A stretch of DNA of 64,000 bases from Alphaproteobacteria bacterium (GTDB lineage: Bacteria > Pseudomonadota > Alphaproteobacteria > Bin95): assembly GCA_963665325.3 (NCBI GenBank), contig CAXXWS020000002.1, positions 192,001-256,000 on the forward strand, given 5' to 3'. The notes beneath the pieces are model-generated. The model was not told the DNA's origin. It saw nothing but the letters and a program-made list of their open reading frames with translations, and made no database searches. How positions within the stretch are numbered: the stretch's first letter is position 1; each line of letters starts with the position of its first letter. Positions 34,729 through 44,207 of this stretch are shown here, piece by piece. The translations under genes were made by a program, and so were the position numbers.

Positions 34729-35631
34729 GTGAGCGACGCATCCACAGCAGGAACCGCCGGCTTTACGCCGACCGCCAGCGTCGGCGACTATCTTGCGCTG
34801 CTGAAGCCGCGGGTCATGTCGCTGGTCGTATTCACCGGGCTGGTGGGCATGGCCATCGCGCCGGGCTCGCTGCATCCGCTGCTGGCGGCCGTCGCCGTGC
34901 TGTGCATCGCTGCCGGGGCCGGGGCCTCGGGCGCGGTGAACATGTGGTACGACCGCGACATCGACGCCGTGATGGAGCGCACGCGCGCGCGGCCTCTGCC
35001 GCAGGGCCTCATCGAGCCGGACGATGCGCTCGCCTTCGGCATCCTGTTGTCGGTGGGCGCGGTCGGCATGATGGGCCTGGCCGTCAACTGGCTTGCCGCC
35101 GGGCTGCTGGCGCTCACCATCGCCTTCTATGTCTTCGTCTATACCATCTGGCTGAAGCGCCGCACGCCGCAGAACATTGTGATCGGCGGCGCGGCCGGCG
35201 CGTTCCCGCCGGTCATCGGCTGGGCCGCGGTCACGGGCGATCTTGCGCTGACGCCGCTCTGCCTGTTCGCGATCGTGTTCATCTGGACGCCGCCGCATTT
35301 CTGGGCGCTCGCGCTCACCCGCTCGGGCGACTACGCCGCCGCGGGCGTGCCGATGCTGCCGGTGACAGCCGGCGCCAGAGAGACCCGGCGGCAGATCGTG
35401 ATCTACAGTGCGGTGCTGGCGCCGCTCGGCCTCGCGCCCGTGCTTGCGGGCGGACTCGGCTGGCTTTACGGCGCAGCGGCGGCCCTGCTCGGCGTCGAGT
35501 TCCTGCGCCGCGCGGTTGCAGTGTGGCGGCGCGCCGACGATGCAAGCGCGCGGTCGCTGTTCGGCTTCTCGCTCGTCTATCTGGCGGCGCTCTTTTTCGC
35601 CATGCTCGCCGACCGGGCCCTGGGGCTATGA
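34729..35631 (+). CDS. ctaB: protoheme IX farnesyltransferase (heme O synthase)
   Basis: [41 protein letters not shown] start. Confidence 0.96.
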   Translation: MSDASTAGTAGFTPTASVGDYLALLKPRVMSLVVFTGLVGMAIAPGSLHPLLAAVAVLCIAAGAGASGAVNMWYDRDIDAVMERTRARPLPQGLIEPDDALAFGILLSVGAVGMMGLAVNWLAAGLLALTIAFYVFVYTIWLKRRTPQNIVIGGAAGAFPPVIGWAAVTGDLALTPLCLFAIVFIWTPPHFWALALTRSGDYAAAGVPMLPVTAGARETRRQIVIYSAVLAPLGLAPVLAGGLGWLYGAAAALLGVEFLRRAVAVWRRADDASARSLFGFSLVYLAALFFAMLADRALGL

Positions 35632-35754
35632 ATGGCGGACCTTTCCGAAAGAGAACGCCGCCGGCGCTTCAAGAACCGGGTATTGCTGGCCGTGCTGCTC
35701 GCCTTCGCCGTCATCGTCTATGCGGTGAGCGTGGTGCGGATGGGAGGCGGCTGA
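35632..35754 (+). CDS. small single-TM cox-operon protein (CoxF-like), 40 aa
   Basis: Not in the ORF track. MADLSERERRRRFKNRVLLAVLLAFAVIVYAVSVVRMGGG fills the ctaB-ctaG gap exactly. Confidence 0.8.
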   Translation: MADLSERERRRRFKNRVLLAVLLAFAVIVYAVSVVRMGGG

Positions 35755-35757
35755 GCC

Positions 35758-36405
35758 ATGGCTGACCGCCGCCGCAACCGGCGCATCGCCGCCGCCCTCG
35801 TGGCGGTGCCGATGGCAATGGGCGCGCTCGCCTGGGCGTCGGCCCCGCTCTACCGGCTGTTCTGCCAGGTCACCGGCTTCGGTGGCACGCCCGGCATAGC
35901 GGCGGAAGCGCCGCAGGCGGCTGCGGACGCGCCCAGCATCGAGATTCGGTTCAACGCCGACATCGCGCCCGACCTCGACTGGCGTTTCGGCCCGGTCGAG
36001 CGCGCGGTCACGGTCCGGCTCGGCGAGCCGGCGCTCGCCTTCTACCGGGCGGAGAACCTCGGCGAGGAGCCCGTGACCGGCGCGGCGACCTTCAATGTCA
36101 CGCCGCTCAAGGCGGGCGCCTATTTCAGCAAGATCGACTGCTTCTGCTTCACCGAGCAGCGCCTGGGCCCCGGCGAGAGCGCGGACATGCCGGTCTCGTT
36201 CTTCGTCGATCCGGAGATCGCGGACGACCCGAATGTCCGCGATGTCGGGACGATCACGCTGTCCTACACGTTCTTCAGGTCGGAAGAAGAGCCGGAGCCG
36301 AGCCGACAAGAGGCCGACGCCGCCGCGTCAAACGCGGCGAATGTTACGAATGGCGGCGTAAGCGCCGCCGCCCTGACCAACCGGGAGCAGACCCATGGCG
36401 GATAG
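35758..36405 (+). CDS. ctaG: cytochrome c oxidase assembly protein CtaG/Cox11
   Basis: PLY..FCQVTGFGG, YFSKIDCFCF.EQ, ITLSYTFF. Confidence 0.96.
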   Translation: MADRRRNRRIAAALVAVPMAMGALAWASAPLYRLFCQVTGFGGTPGIAAEAPQAAADAPSIEIRFNADIAPDLDWRFGPVERAVTVRLGEPALAFYRAENLGEEPVTGAATFNVTPLKAGAYFSKIDCFCFTEQRLGPGESADMPVSFFVDPEIADDPNVRDVGTITLSYTFFRSEEEPEPSRQEADAAASNAANVTNGGVSAAALTNREQTHGG

Positions 36406-37213
36406 CCACGTCCAGAAGCACCCCTACCATCTGGTCGATCCGAGCCCCTGGCCGTTAGTCGGCTCCGTCGCGGCCTTCCTCGCGACCATGGGTGGGGTGC
36501 TCTTCATGCATGACGGAGTGGTGTGGGTCATGGCGCTCGGCCTGGTCCTCATCCTTGCCACCATGGCCGTGTGGTGGCGCGACGTGATCCGCGAGGCCGA
36601 GCATGAGGGCCACCACACCCCGCCCGTGCAGATCGGGCTGCGCTTCGGCATGGCGTTGTTCATCGCCTCAGAGGTGATGTTCTTCTCGGCATTCTTCTGG
36701 GCGTTCTTCGACGGCGCGCTGTTCTTCGGCGCGGAGGAGATGCCGGGCCGCATCGAGGCGACGGGCGGCGTCTGGCCGCCGACCGGCATCGTTCCGTTCG
36801 AGGCGTTCGGGCTGCCGTTCCTGAACACGCTGATCCTGCTGCTTTCCGGCGTCACCGTTACCTGGGCGCACCACTCGCTGCTGCATGGCGACCGGGCGGG
36901 GCTGATCCAGGGGCTTGCGTGCACCGTCGCGCTCGGCGTGCTGTTCACGGGCTGCCAGGTCTTCGAGTACAGCCATGCCGCCTTCGGCTTCCGCGAGGGC
37001 ATCTATCCCTCGGCCTTCTTCATGGCGACGGGCTTCCACGGCTTCCATGTCATCATCGGCACCTGCTTCCTGACGGTCTGCCTGTTCCGGGCGATCAAGG
37101 GCCATTTCCGGACCGACCACCATTTCGGCTTCGAGGCGGCGGCCTGGTACTGGCATTTCGTCGATGTCGTCTGGCTGTTCCTGTTCTCGGTCGTCTATAT
37201 CTGGGGCAGCTAG
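36395..37213 (+). CDS. coxC: cytochrome c oxidase subunit III
   Basis: HPYHLVDPSPWP, FIASEVMFF, TGFHGFHV, WYWHFVDVVW. Confidence 0.98.
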   Translation: MADSHVQKHPYHLVDPSPWPLVGSVAAFLATMGGVLFMHDGVVWVMALGLVLILATMAVWWRDVIREAEHEGHHTPPVQIGLRFGMALFIASEVMFFSAFFWAFFDGALFFGAEEMPGRIEATGGVWPPTGIVPFEAFGLPFLNTLILLLSGVTVTWAHHSLLHGDRAGLIQGLACTVALGVLFTGCQVFEYSHAAFGFREGIYPSAFFMATGFHGFHVIIGTCFLTVCLFRAIKGHFRTDHHFGFEAAAWYWHFVDVVWLFLFSVVYIWGS

Positions 37214-37216
37214 GCC

Positions 37217-37888
37217 ATTCGGCGGCGCATCCCGTTCATCCTGTTCGTCCTGCCGGCGCTCGCGGTCCTGATCGGCCTCGGCGTCTGGCAACTCGACCGG
37301 CGGGAGTGGAAGCGGGAGCTGATCGACAGGGCGGCCGCGCGCCTCGCCGAACCTCCGCTCACCGCGCTCGCCGGCATCGGCACCGGCGATGCCTGGCGGC
37401 GCGTCAGGCTGGAAGGCTCCTGGGAAGGGCCTGAACTGCTGCTCCAGAGCCGGACATGGCACGGGCGCGCGGGCTTTGACGTGCTGGCGACCTTCCGGCC
37501 CTCGGAAGCGGCGGTGTCGGTGCTGGTCAACCGGGGATGGGTGGAGCCCGCCCGCAGCGCGCCGGACTCGCGTGCGCCGCCGTCGGCAGCGCTTGAAGGG
37601 GCGGTGCGGTTTCCGAGCGAGCCCGGCAGTCTCGCCGTCGATAACGACCCGGAGCGCGGGATCTGGTTCCATATCGACCCCCAGGCCGTCGCGGCGCATC
37701 TCGGCCGCCCGCTCGTGCCCTTCTACATCCAAGCCGTGCCCGCCGCCGGCGGACCGGACTGGCCGCGTGCCCGTCCGCCGGAGCCGCGCTTCCGCAACGA
37801 CCATCTGCAATATGCGCTTACCTGGTTTGCGCTCGCCGGGGCGCTGGCTATCCTCTACCTGGTCTGGCGCCGCCGGGCGGGAAGGTAA
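37217..37888 (+). CDS. surf1: SURF1 family cytochrome oxidase biogenesis protein (no canonical start; ATT 37217 assumed)
   Basis: Open frame after the coxC TAG encodes a TM segment, LGVWQLDRREWK, LVNRGWV and NDHLQYALTWF. Confidence 0.85.
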   Translation: MRRRIPFILFVLPALAVLIGLGVWQLDRREWKRELIDRAAARLAEPPLTALAGIGTGDAWRRVRLEGSWEGPELLLQSRTWHGRAGFDVLATFRPSEAAVSVLVNRGWVEPARSAPDSRAPPSAALEGAVRFPSEPGSLAVDNDPERGIWFHIDPQAVAAHLGRPLVPFYIQAVPAAGGPDWPRARPPEPRFRNDHLQYALTWFALAGALAILYLVWRRRAGR

Positions 37889-37909
37889 GGACCGAGATGA
37901 GAGAACGGG

Positions 37910-39250
37910 ATGTCCCGCCAGCTTCGCCTTAACCTGTTCGTCCACAGCCGCGGCCATCACGAGGCGTCCTGGCGCCATCCCGAGGCCTCGCCGCTTGCGC
38001 TGACGGACTTCGAATTCCATCGGGAACTTGCCTGCAAGGCGGAAGACGCGGCGTTCGACTCGATCTTCCTGGCGGACAGCCTCTCCATGTCCAGCGAGGT
38101 GACGCACACGGCGCGCAGCTGGCTGGAGCCGGTCACGCTCCTGGGCGCGCTCGCCGCGGCGACCTCGAAGATCGGACTGATCGCGACGGCCTCGACCACC
38201 TATACCGAGCCTTTCAACCTCGCCCGCCAATTCGCCTCGCTTGACCACATCAGCAACGGGCGCATCGGCTGGAACATCGTGACCTCCTGGTCGGTCGCCG
38301 CGGCGCACAATTACGGCGACGACATCCAGGTGAGCCACGCCGACCGCTATGCCCGCGCCGAGGAATATATGACGGTCGCCAAGGCGCTCTGGGACAGCTG
38401 GGCCGACGACGCCGTGCTCGACGACCGGCCGGCGGGCCGCTATGCGAAGCCCGGTAGCATCCATGCGACCGACCACGCCGGGGAGCATTACAGGGTCGCC
38501 GGGCCGTTGAATGTGCCCCGGTGTCCGCAGGGGCGACCGGTCTTCGTGCAGGCGGGCTCGTCGGAGACAGGGCGCGATTTCGCCGCCCGCCACGCCGAGG
38601 TGGTGTTCACCGCGCAGCTGGAGAAGGCGACGGCGCAGGCCTTCTATGCCGACCTGAAGGCGCGGGCGGCGAGGGCCGGGCGCGATCCCGACCGGGTGGC
38701 GATCCTGCCGGGGTTCAGCCCCCTCATTGCGGACACCCAGGAGGAGGCGGAGCGCCTCGTTCTGGAGTTGAACGGCCTGGCCGACCCGGAGGTCGGCAGG
38801 CGGCGGCTTTCCGGACGCTTCGGCGGCTTCGATTTCAGCCATCTCGAATTGGACCGGGCGCTGACGGCGGCGGACTTCCCCGACCCCGATACGGTCGAGG
38901 CGGCGCGAAGCCGGGCGGCGACGATCGTGGGCCTGGTCGAGCGCGAACGCCCGACCTTGCGCCAATTGCTGGCGAAGCTCGCCGGCGCGCGCGGCCACTA
39001 CACTTTCGCCGGCACGCCGGAGCAGACGGCGGACTTCATGGAGGAGTGGCTGGGCGACGGCGCTGCGGACGGCTTCAACCTGATGCCGCCCGTGCTGCCC
39101 TGGATGCTGGACGCCTTCATCGAGCGGGTCCTGCCGATTCTGCGCGAACGGGGCCTCTTCCGCGAGGCATATTCAGGCGACACGCTCCGCGCTCATTACG
39201 GCCTCGCCCGGCCTGCAGCCGAAGTTCCGCCGGCCGCCCGGCCGATCTAG
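37910..39250 (+). CDS. LLM-class FMNH2-dependent monooxygenase (NtaA/DszA family)
   Basis: FLAD, LEP.TLL, TASTTY.EPF..AR.FASLDH.S.GR.GWNIVTS, PQG.PV.VQAG.S. Confidence 0.93.
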   Translation: MSRQLRLNLFVHSRGHHEASWRHPEASPLALTDFEFHRELACKAEDAAFDSIFLADSLSMSSEVTHTARSWLEPVTLLGALAAATSKIGLIATASTTYTEPFNLARQFASLDHISNGRIGWNIVTSWSVAAAHNYGDDIQVSHADRYARAEEYMTVAKALWDSWADDAVLDDRPAGRYAKPGSIHATDHAGEHYRVAGPLNVPRCPQGRPVFVQAGSSETGRDFAARHAEVVFTAQLEKATAQAFYADLKARAARAGRDPDRVAILPGFSPLIADTQEEAERLVLELNGLADPEVGRRRLSGRFGGFDFSHLELDRALTAADFPDPDTVEAARSRAATIVGLVERERPTLRQLLAKLAGARGHYTFAGTPEQTADFMEEWLGDGAADGFNLMPPVLPWMLDAFIERVLPILRERGLFREAYSGDTLRAHYGLARPAAEVPPAARPI

Positions 39251-39273
39251 CCCGAAGCAGGAGGAGCAACGCC

Positions 39274-40164
39274 ATGAGCGTCACCCCCATCGCCTTCTAC
39301 TCCGAGGGCTTCAAGCTGATGGGTGACCTTTACCGCCCGGACGGCCTCGCGCCGGGAGAGCGGCGGGCGGGCATCGTGCTTTGCCACGGCTATACCGGGG
39401 TGAAGGACCTTTACCTGCCGGACAATGCCCGTGTGCTCAACGAGGCCGGCTATGTCGTGCTCGCTTTCGACTACAAGGGCTGGGGCGAGAGCGAGGGGCC
39501 GCGCACGCGCCTGGCGCCCTACAGCCGGGTGGCGGACGTGCAGGCGGCGCTGACCTTCCTCGGCGCGCAGGAGGAAGTGGACGAGGCGCGGCTCGGCATC
39601 TACGGCACCAGCTACGGAGGCGCCACGGTGGTGTGGACCGGCGCGGTGGACCGGCGGGTGAAGTGCGTCGTCAGCGTGGTCGGCATCGGCCACGGCGAGC
39701 GGTGGATGCGCAGCGTGCGCCGGCCGGATGAGTGGTTCGACCTGCTGGAACGCTCCGCCGGGGACCGGGTGAAGCGCGCCATTGAGGGCGAGTCGGAGTG
39801 GGTCGAGCGGAGCGAGGTGCTGCTGCCGGACCGGCAGTCGGCGGAGCTCGCCGCCGCCGCGCGCCGCGATATTCCCTCGGCCCTCAACACGCTGCCGCTC
39901 GAATATGTGGACGAGACGCTGGGCTTCCATCCGGAATGGATCGTGGACAGGATCGCGCCCCGCCCGGTGCTCTTCATCGCCACCGACGACGACCGGCTGG
40001 TGCCGCCGGAGGAGTCGCAGGCGCTCTACGAGAAGGCCGGCGAGCCGAAGAAACTGGTCGTGCTCAAGGGCTACGGCCACTACGAGGTCTATGTGGACCC
40101 CGCCTTCACCGAGGTCATGGACGAAACCGTTGCCTGGTTCCGGGAGCACCTGCCGGCGGAGTAG
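39274..40164 (+). CDS. alpha/beta hydrolase
   Basis: CHGY, FDYKGWGES.G, nucleophile elbow GTSYGG, DD.LVP, GHY. SD GGAGG. Confidence 0.9.
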   Translation: MSVTPIAFYSEGFKLMGDLYRPDGLAPGERRAGIVLCHGYTGVKDLYLPDNARVLNEAGYVVLAFDYKGWGESEGPRTRLAPYSRVADVQAALTFLGAQEEVDEARLGIYGTSYGGATVVWTGAVDRRVKCVVSVVGIGHGERWMRSVRRPDEWFDLLERSAGDRVKRAIEGESEWVERSEVLLPDRQSAELAAAARRDIPSALNTLPLEYVDETLGFHPEWIVDRIAPRPVLFIATDDDRLVPPEESQALYEKAGEPKKLVVLKGYGHYEVYVDPAFTEVMDETVAWFREHLPAE

Positions 40165-40273
40165 GGGGCGGTTGCCGACCTTACCTTTCGGCTTGGAGGG
40201 TGCAAAAGGACCGCGTTACCTTTATGTCTGCGGATCGCACCAGGGAGAACGGGCGTTTGGCAGGAGCCCTGCG

Positions 40274-40747
40274 ATGACCGATGTTCCGATATCGGATGGA
40301 GAGCTCGACGCCATGCGTTCGGAGCCCAAGCGGGTTACGAATCCACAGGCGCGTTGGCACGAAAAGCCGGGGGGCAACCAGCAGAAGAATTTCAATCTGG
40401 TTGCCGGGCATGACGATGCGAAGAGGTTTCGTCTCTATCTCCGGCAGAACCTTGATGACGAACAGGACTTCTCATGCGGTCTTGCGCTGGTCCAACCGGG
40501 CGGAAAGCCGGTCAGCCTTGTCCGGTATAACGGTTCCAGCCATCGGCATGGCGATATCCTGTTTCATTGCCATATCCATCGAGCTACGGAAGAAGCGAAT
40601 ATGGCGGGGAAAAAGATCGACAGCCATGCTGAAGCGACGGACGGTTACAAGACCTTGGACGGTGCATTGGCCTGCCTGATCGACGACTGCGGCGTTGAAG
40701 GAATCTTGGCTTCGCACGACACACGGGACTTGTTCGATGACCATTGA
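40274..40747 (+). CDS. hypothetical His-cluster protein (DUF6978-like)
   Basis: 157 aa; FRLYLRQN....DFSCGL....LVRYNG..H.H....HCHIH. SD AGGAG; GC lower than flanks. Confidence 0.7.
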   Translation: MTDVPISDGELDAMRSEPKRVTNPQARWHEKPGGNQQKNFNLVAGHDDAKRFRLYLRQNLDDEQDFSCGLALVQPGGKPVSLVRYNGSSHRHGDILFHCHIHRATEEANMAGKKIDSHAEATDGYKTLDGALACLIDDCGVEGILASHDTRDLFDDH

Positions 40748-41519
40748 CGCCCTGTTGCTGGAGAAGTCCCTGTGCGAACGCCTGTGCGCGACTGTGACCG
40801 TTCATGAGCGCCCGGACGGAACCATCATGATCGATACTCCGTTCACATTTCCAGACGGAGACAGTTATCCGATTTATCTTTCCGGAACGCGCTATGGCAA
40901 AGTGGTCCTCAGTGATCGGGGCCATACCATGTTGCACATCAGCTACGAAAACGATGTGGATATGTTTTACGAGGGCCAGCGATCCGTTCTGCGGGAAAAG
41001 ATTGTAAAGGAAGCTGGAATCGATGAGGATAGAGGGATTTTTTCTGTTGAAACCACGCCCGACCGAATTGCCGACTCCTTGTTCGATCTCGGGCAGGCGC
41101 TGACGCGAATATACGACTTGACATTTCTCAACAGGGAACGTGTCAACTCGACTTTCTATGAAGACTTGAAGTCCTTGTTGTTCACTATAGTCGACGAAGA
41201 TGGTGCAGAGAGGGATTACATTCCTTCAGACGTGCCCGATGGAAGCAACTATCCGGTGGATTACCGGATCGAAGGCAAGGATGGGATACCGATTTTCCTA
41301 TACGGTGTGCCGAACAGGGACAAGGCGCGACTGACAACCATTACGCTGTCGCATTTCCTGCTCAATGATCTGCATTTCAGTTCAGTTATCGTATTCCGGG
41401 ACCAGAGGGAGATTCCGTCATTCGACCTCGCTCGTTTGACCAATGTCTCGGATACTGCCGTAGCGTCGCTTGAGGCGGAACGGGATTTTCGGCGGAAGAT
41501 CGAACGAATCGCCGCGTAG
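40737..41519 (+). CDS. DUF1828/DUF1829 domain protein
   Basis: IDTPF...GD.Y.IY......VVLSD.G.T (DUF1828-like); C-terminal YPVDY.IEG...P.FLYGV. Overlaps the upstream gene by 11 nt; low GC. Confidence 0.78.
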   Translation: MTIDALLLEKSLCERLCATVTVHERPDGTIMIDTPFTFPDGDSYPIYLSGTRYGKVVLSDRGHTMLHISYENDVDMFYEGQRSVLREKIVKEAGIDEDRGIFSVETTPDRIADSLFDLGQALTRIYDLTFLNRERVNSTFYEDLKSLLFTIVDEDGAERDYIPSDVPDGSNYPVDYRIEGKDGIPIFLYGVPNRDKARLTTITLSHFLLNDLHFSSVIVFRDQREIPSFDLARLTNVSDTAVASLEAERDFRRKIERIAA

Positions 41520-41595
41520 TGCGTAAACCAGGGAAGACGGCGATGAACGGCGGTTTTGCAGCCCGGCGCGGCGGCGGGCGGGGCGAGGGGTGACG

Positions 41596-42978
41596 ATGCG
41601 CTATCTCAGCACGCGCGGCGAGGCGGCGGCGCGGGACTTTTCCGGCGTCCTGCTGAGCGGCCTCGCGGAGGATGGCGGCCTCTGGCAGCCGGCGGAATGG
41701 CCCCGGCTGGACGAGGCCGCGCGTGCGCCGGGCGCGGGCTATGCGGAGCGGGCCTTTGCGGTCACCCACCCGTTCGCGGCGGGTGCGCTGGAGGCGGCGG
41801 ACTGGCGGGTCCTGATGGGCGATGTCTATGCCGGCTTTCGCCACCGCGCGGTCGCGCCGCTCGTGCAGCTCGACACAAATCTGTGGCTGATGGAGCTCTT
41901 CCACGGGCCGACATTCGCCTTCAAGGACCTGGCGATGCAGGCGCTTGGGCGACTGTTCGATCTTGTGCTGAAGGCGCGCGGCGAGCGCATCACCATTATC
42001 GGCGCGACCTCGGGCGACACGGGTGCGGCGGCGGTCGAGGCTGTTCGCGGGCTGGAGACCATCGACCTCGTCATGCTCTATCCGCACGGGCGCATCTCGG
42101 ATGTGCAGCGCCGGCAGATGACAACGGTCGAGGCGCCCAACATCCACACGGTGGCGCTCGAAGGCACGTTCGACGACTGCCAGGATCTGGTGAAGGCGCT
42201 GTTCGCCGACACCCGGCTCAGCGAGGAATGGCGCTTCGCCGCCGTAAACTCGATCAACTGGGCCCGCGTCATGGTCCAGACGGTCTATTACGTCCATGCG
42301 GCGGCCCAACTGGGCGGCGGGCCGGTGGCCTTCGCCGTGCCGAGCGGCAATTTCGGCAATGTCTATGCGGGCTATGCCGCGCGCGAAATGGGCCTCGACG
42401 CGCCGCGCTTCATCGTGGGCTCGAACAGCAATGACATCCTCGCGCGCTTCTTCGAGGCGGGCGACATGTCCACCCGACCGGTGACGCCAAGTTGGTCGCC
42501 CTCCATGGACATCCAGGTGTCCAGCAATTTCGAGCGCCTGCTGCACGACCTGCTGGGCCGCGACGGCCGGGCCGTCGCCCGGCATATGGCCGCCTTCCGG
42601 CAGAGCGGGCGGCTGCCGCTCGACGAAGCGCGCTGGCAGGCGGCGCAGGGGCTGTTCCGGGGCCATGCGGTGGACGACGAGGGCACGCTCGCGCAGATCG
42701 CCCGCACCCACGCCGAGACCGGCATGACCGTCGATCCGCACACGGCCGTCGGCATTGCGGCGGCGCTAGCATTGCGCCAGCCCGATATACCGACGGTTGC
42801 GCTGGCGACTGCCCATCCGGCCAAGTTTCCCGACGCCGTGGAACGCGCCATCGGCCGCCGCCCGCCGCTGCCCGATGCGCTCGCCGAACAGGCTGGACGC
42901 CCCGAGCGGGCGGAGCGGATGGCGAACGACCTCGGCCTTCTCAAGACCTTCATTCGCGAAAGGGTGCGCCGGCCATGA
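41596..42978 (+). CDS. thrC: threonine synthase
   Basis: MRYLSTRG, ELFHGPT.AFKD, GATSGDTG, VNSINWAR, PSGNFGN, TAHPAKF. Confidence 0.97.
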   Translation: MRYLSTRGEAAARDFSGVLLSGLAEDGGLWQPAEWPRLDEAARAPGAGYAERAFAVTHPFAAGALEAADWRVLMGDVYAGFRHRAVAPLVQLDTNLWLMELFHGPTFAFKDLAMQALGRLFDLVLKARGERITIIGATSGDTGAAAVEAVRGLETIDLVMLYPHGRISDVQRRQMTTVEAPNIHTVALEGTFDDCQDLVKALFADTRLSEEWRFAAVNSINWARVMVQTVYYVHAAAQLGGGPVAFAVPSGNFGNVYAGYAAREMGLDAPRFIVGSNSNDILARFFEAGDMSTRPVTPSWSPSMDIQVSSNFERLLHDLLGRDGRAVARHMAAFRQSGRLPLDEARWQAAQGLFRGHAVDDEGTLAQIARTHAETGMTVDPHTAVGIAAALALRQPDIPTVALATAHPAKFPDAVERAIGRRPPLPDALAEQAGRPERAERMANDLGLLKTFIRERVRRP

Positions 42979-44189
42979 GCGTCACCGTCTCCACCTTGCC
43001 GAACGGCCTCAGGGTCGCCACCGACACCATGACCACCGTCGAGACCGTCTCGCTCGGCATGTGGGTTGGCGTCGGGGCGCGCCATGAGCGCGAGGCCGAG
43101 AACGGCGTCTCGCACCTGCTGGAGCACATGGCCTTCAAGGGCACGGAACGACGCACGGCCGGCGACATCGCCCGCGAGATCGAGGCGGTGGGCGGGTTCC
43201 TGAACGCCTATACGGCGCGGGAGGTCACGGCCTATTACGCCAAGGTGCTGAAGGAGGATGCGGCGCTGGCGGTCGATATCCTGGCCGACATCCTGACCGG
43301 CTCCGTCTTCGACGCGGCGGAACTGGAGCGCGAGCGCACCGTCATCCTGCAGGAGATCGGGCAGGCGCAGGACTTTCCGGAAGACGTAGCCTTCGACCTG
43401 TTCCAGGAGACTGCCTATCCCGCGCAGGCCATGGGGCGCAGCATTCTCGGTCGCCCGGAAGTGGTGCGCTCGCTGCCGCGGGAGGCCGTGGCGGGCTGGA
43501 TGGGGGAGCGCTACCGGGCGCCGGCCATGGTGCTGGCGGCGGCGGGGCATATCGAGCACGAGGAGCTGCTCGGCCTGGCGGAGCGCTATTTCGCGGACCT
43601 GCCGACGGCGCCGGCGCCCGTGCCGGAGGCTGCGCACTATGCGGGCGGCGACGTGCGCGAGCGCCGCGACATCGAGCAGAGCCACCTGGTGCTGGGGTTC
43701 GAGGGGCCGAGTTTCCGCGAGGCCGGGTTCTACCCCGCGCAGGTCTTCTCCACGCTCTACGGAGGCGGCATGTCCTCGCGGCTCTTCCAGGAGGTGCGGG
43801 AGAAGCGCGGGCTGGTCTATTCGATCTATTCCTTCGCCTCGTCGGCCGCCGACACCGGGATCGTCGGCGTCTATGCCGGCACGGCGAGCGAGAGCGTGGA
43901 CGAAGTGCTCGCCATCGTGCGCGGCGAACTGGAGGACCTGGCGGGCGGCGGGCCGGACGAGGACGAGCTTGCCTGCGCCCGCGCCCAGCTTCGCGCCAGC
44001 CTGCTGATGGCGCGCGAAAGCACCTCCTCGCGCTGCGAGCAGCTTGCCCAGCAACTCCTGGTCCACAACCGCCCGATCCCGCCGGAAGAGCTGACCGAGC
44101 GCGTCGAGGCGGTGGGTGCAGCCGATGTCACGGACATCGCTGCCCGCTGCGCCGCCGCGCCCTCAAGCCTCGTTGTGCTCGGGCCCTGA
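42975..44189 (+). CDS. M16 (pitrilysin) family metallopeptidase
   Basis: LPNGLRV, HxxEH (HLLEHMAFKGT), NAYT.RE, SSRLFQEVREKRGLVY. Confidence 0.95.
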   Translation: MSVTVSTLPNGLRVATDTMTTVETVSLGMWVGVGARHEREAENGVSHLLEHMAFKGTERRTAGDIAREIEAVGGFLNAYTAREVTAYYAKVLKEDAALAVDILADILTGSVFDAAELERERTVILQEIGQAQDFPEDVAFDLFQETAYPAQAMGRSILGRPEVVRSLPREAVAGWMGERYRAPAMVLAAAGHIEHEELLGLAERYFADLPTAPAPVPEAAHYAGGDVRERRDIEQSHLVLGFEGPSFREAGFYPAQVFSTLYGGGMSSRLFQEVREKRGLVYSIYSFASSAADTGIVGVYAGTASESVDEVLAIVRGELEDLAGGGPDEDELACARAQLRASLLMARESTSSRCEQLAQQLLVHNRPIPPEELTERVEAVGAADVTDIAARCAAAPSSLVVLGP

Positions 44190-44207
44190 GCGAAGGAAAA
44201 CACGGAC

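Noticed and set aside
40239-41568. Possible direct repeat flanking the DUF1828 cassette (ACCAGGGA..GAACGG..TTT.GCAG at about 40239 and 41527)
   Set aside because: Needs two gaps, including one of 10 nt; too weak to call a target duplication.
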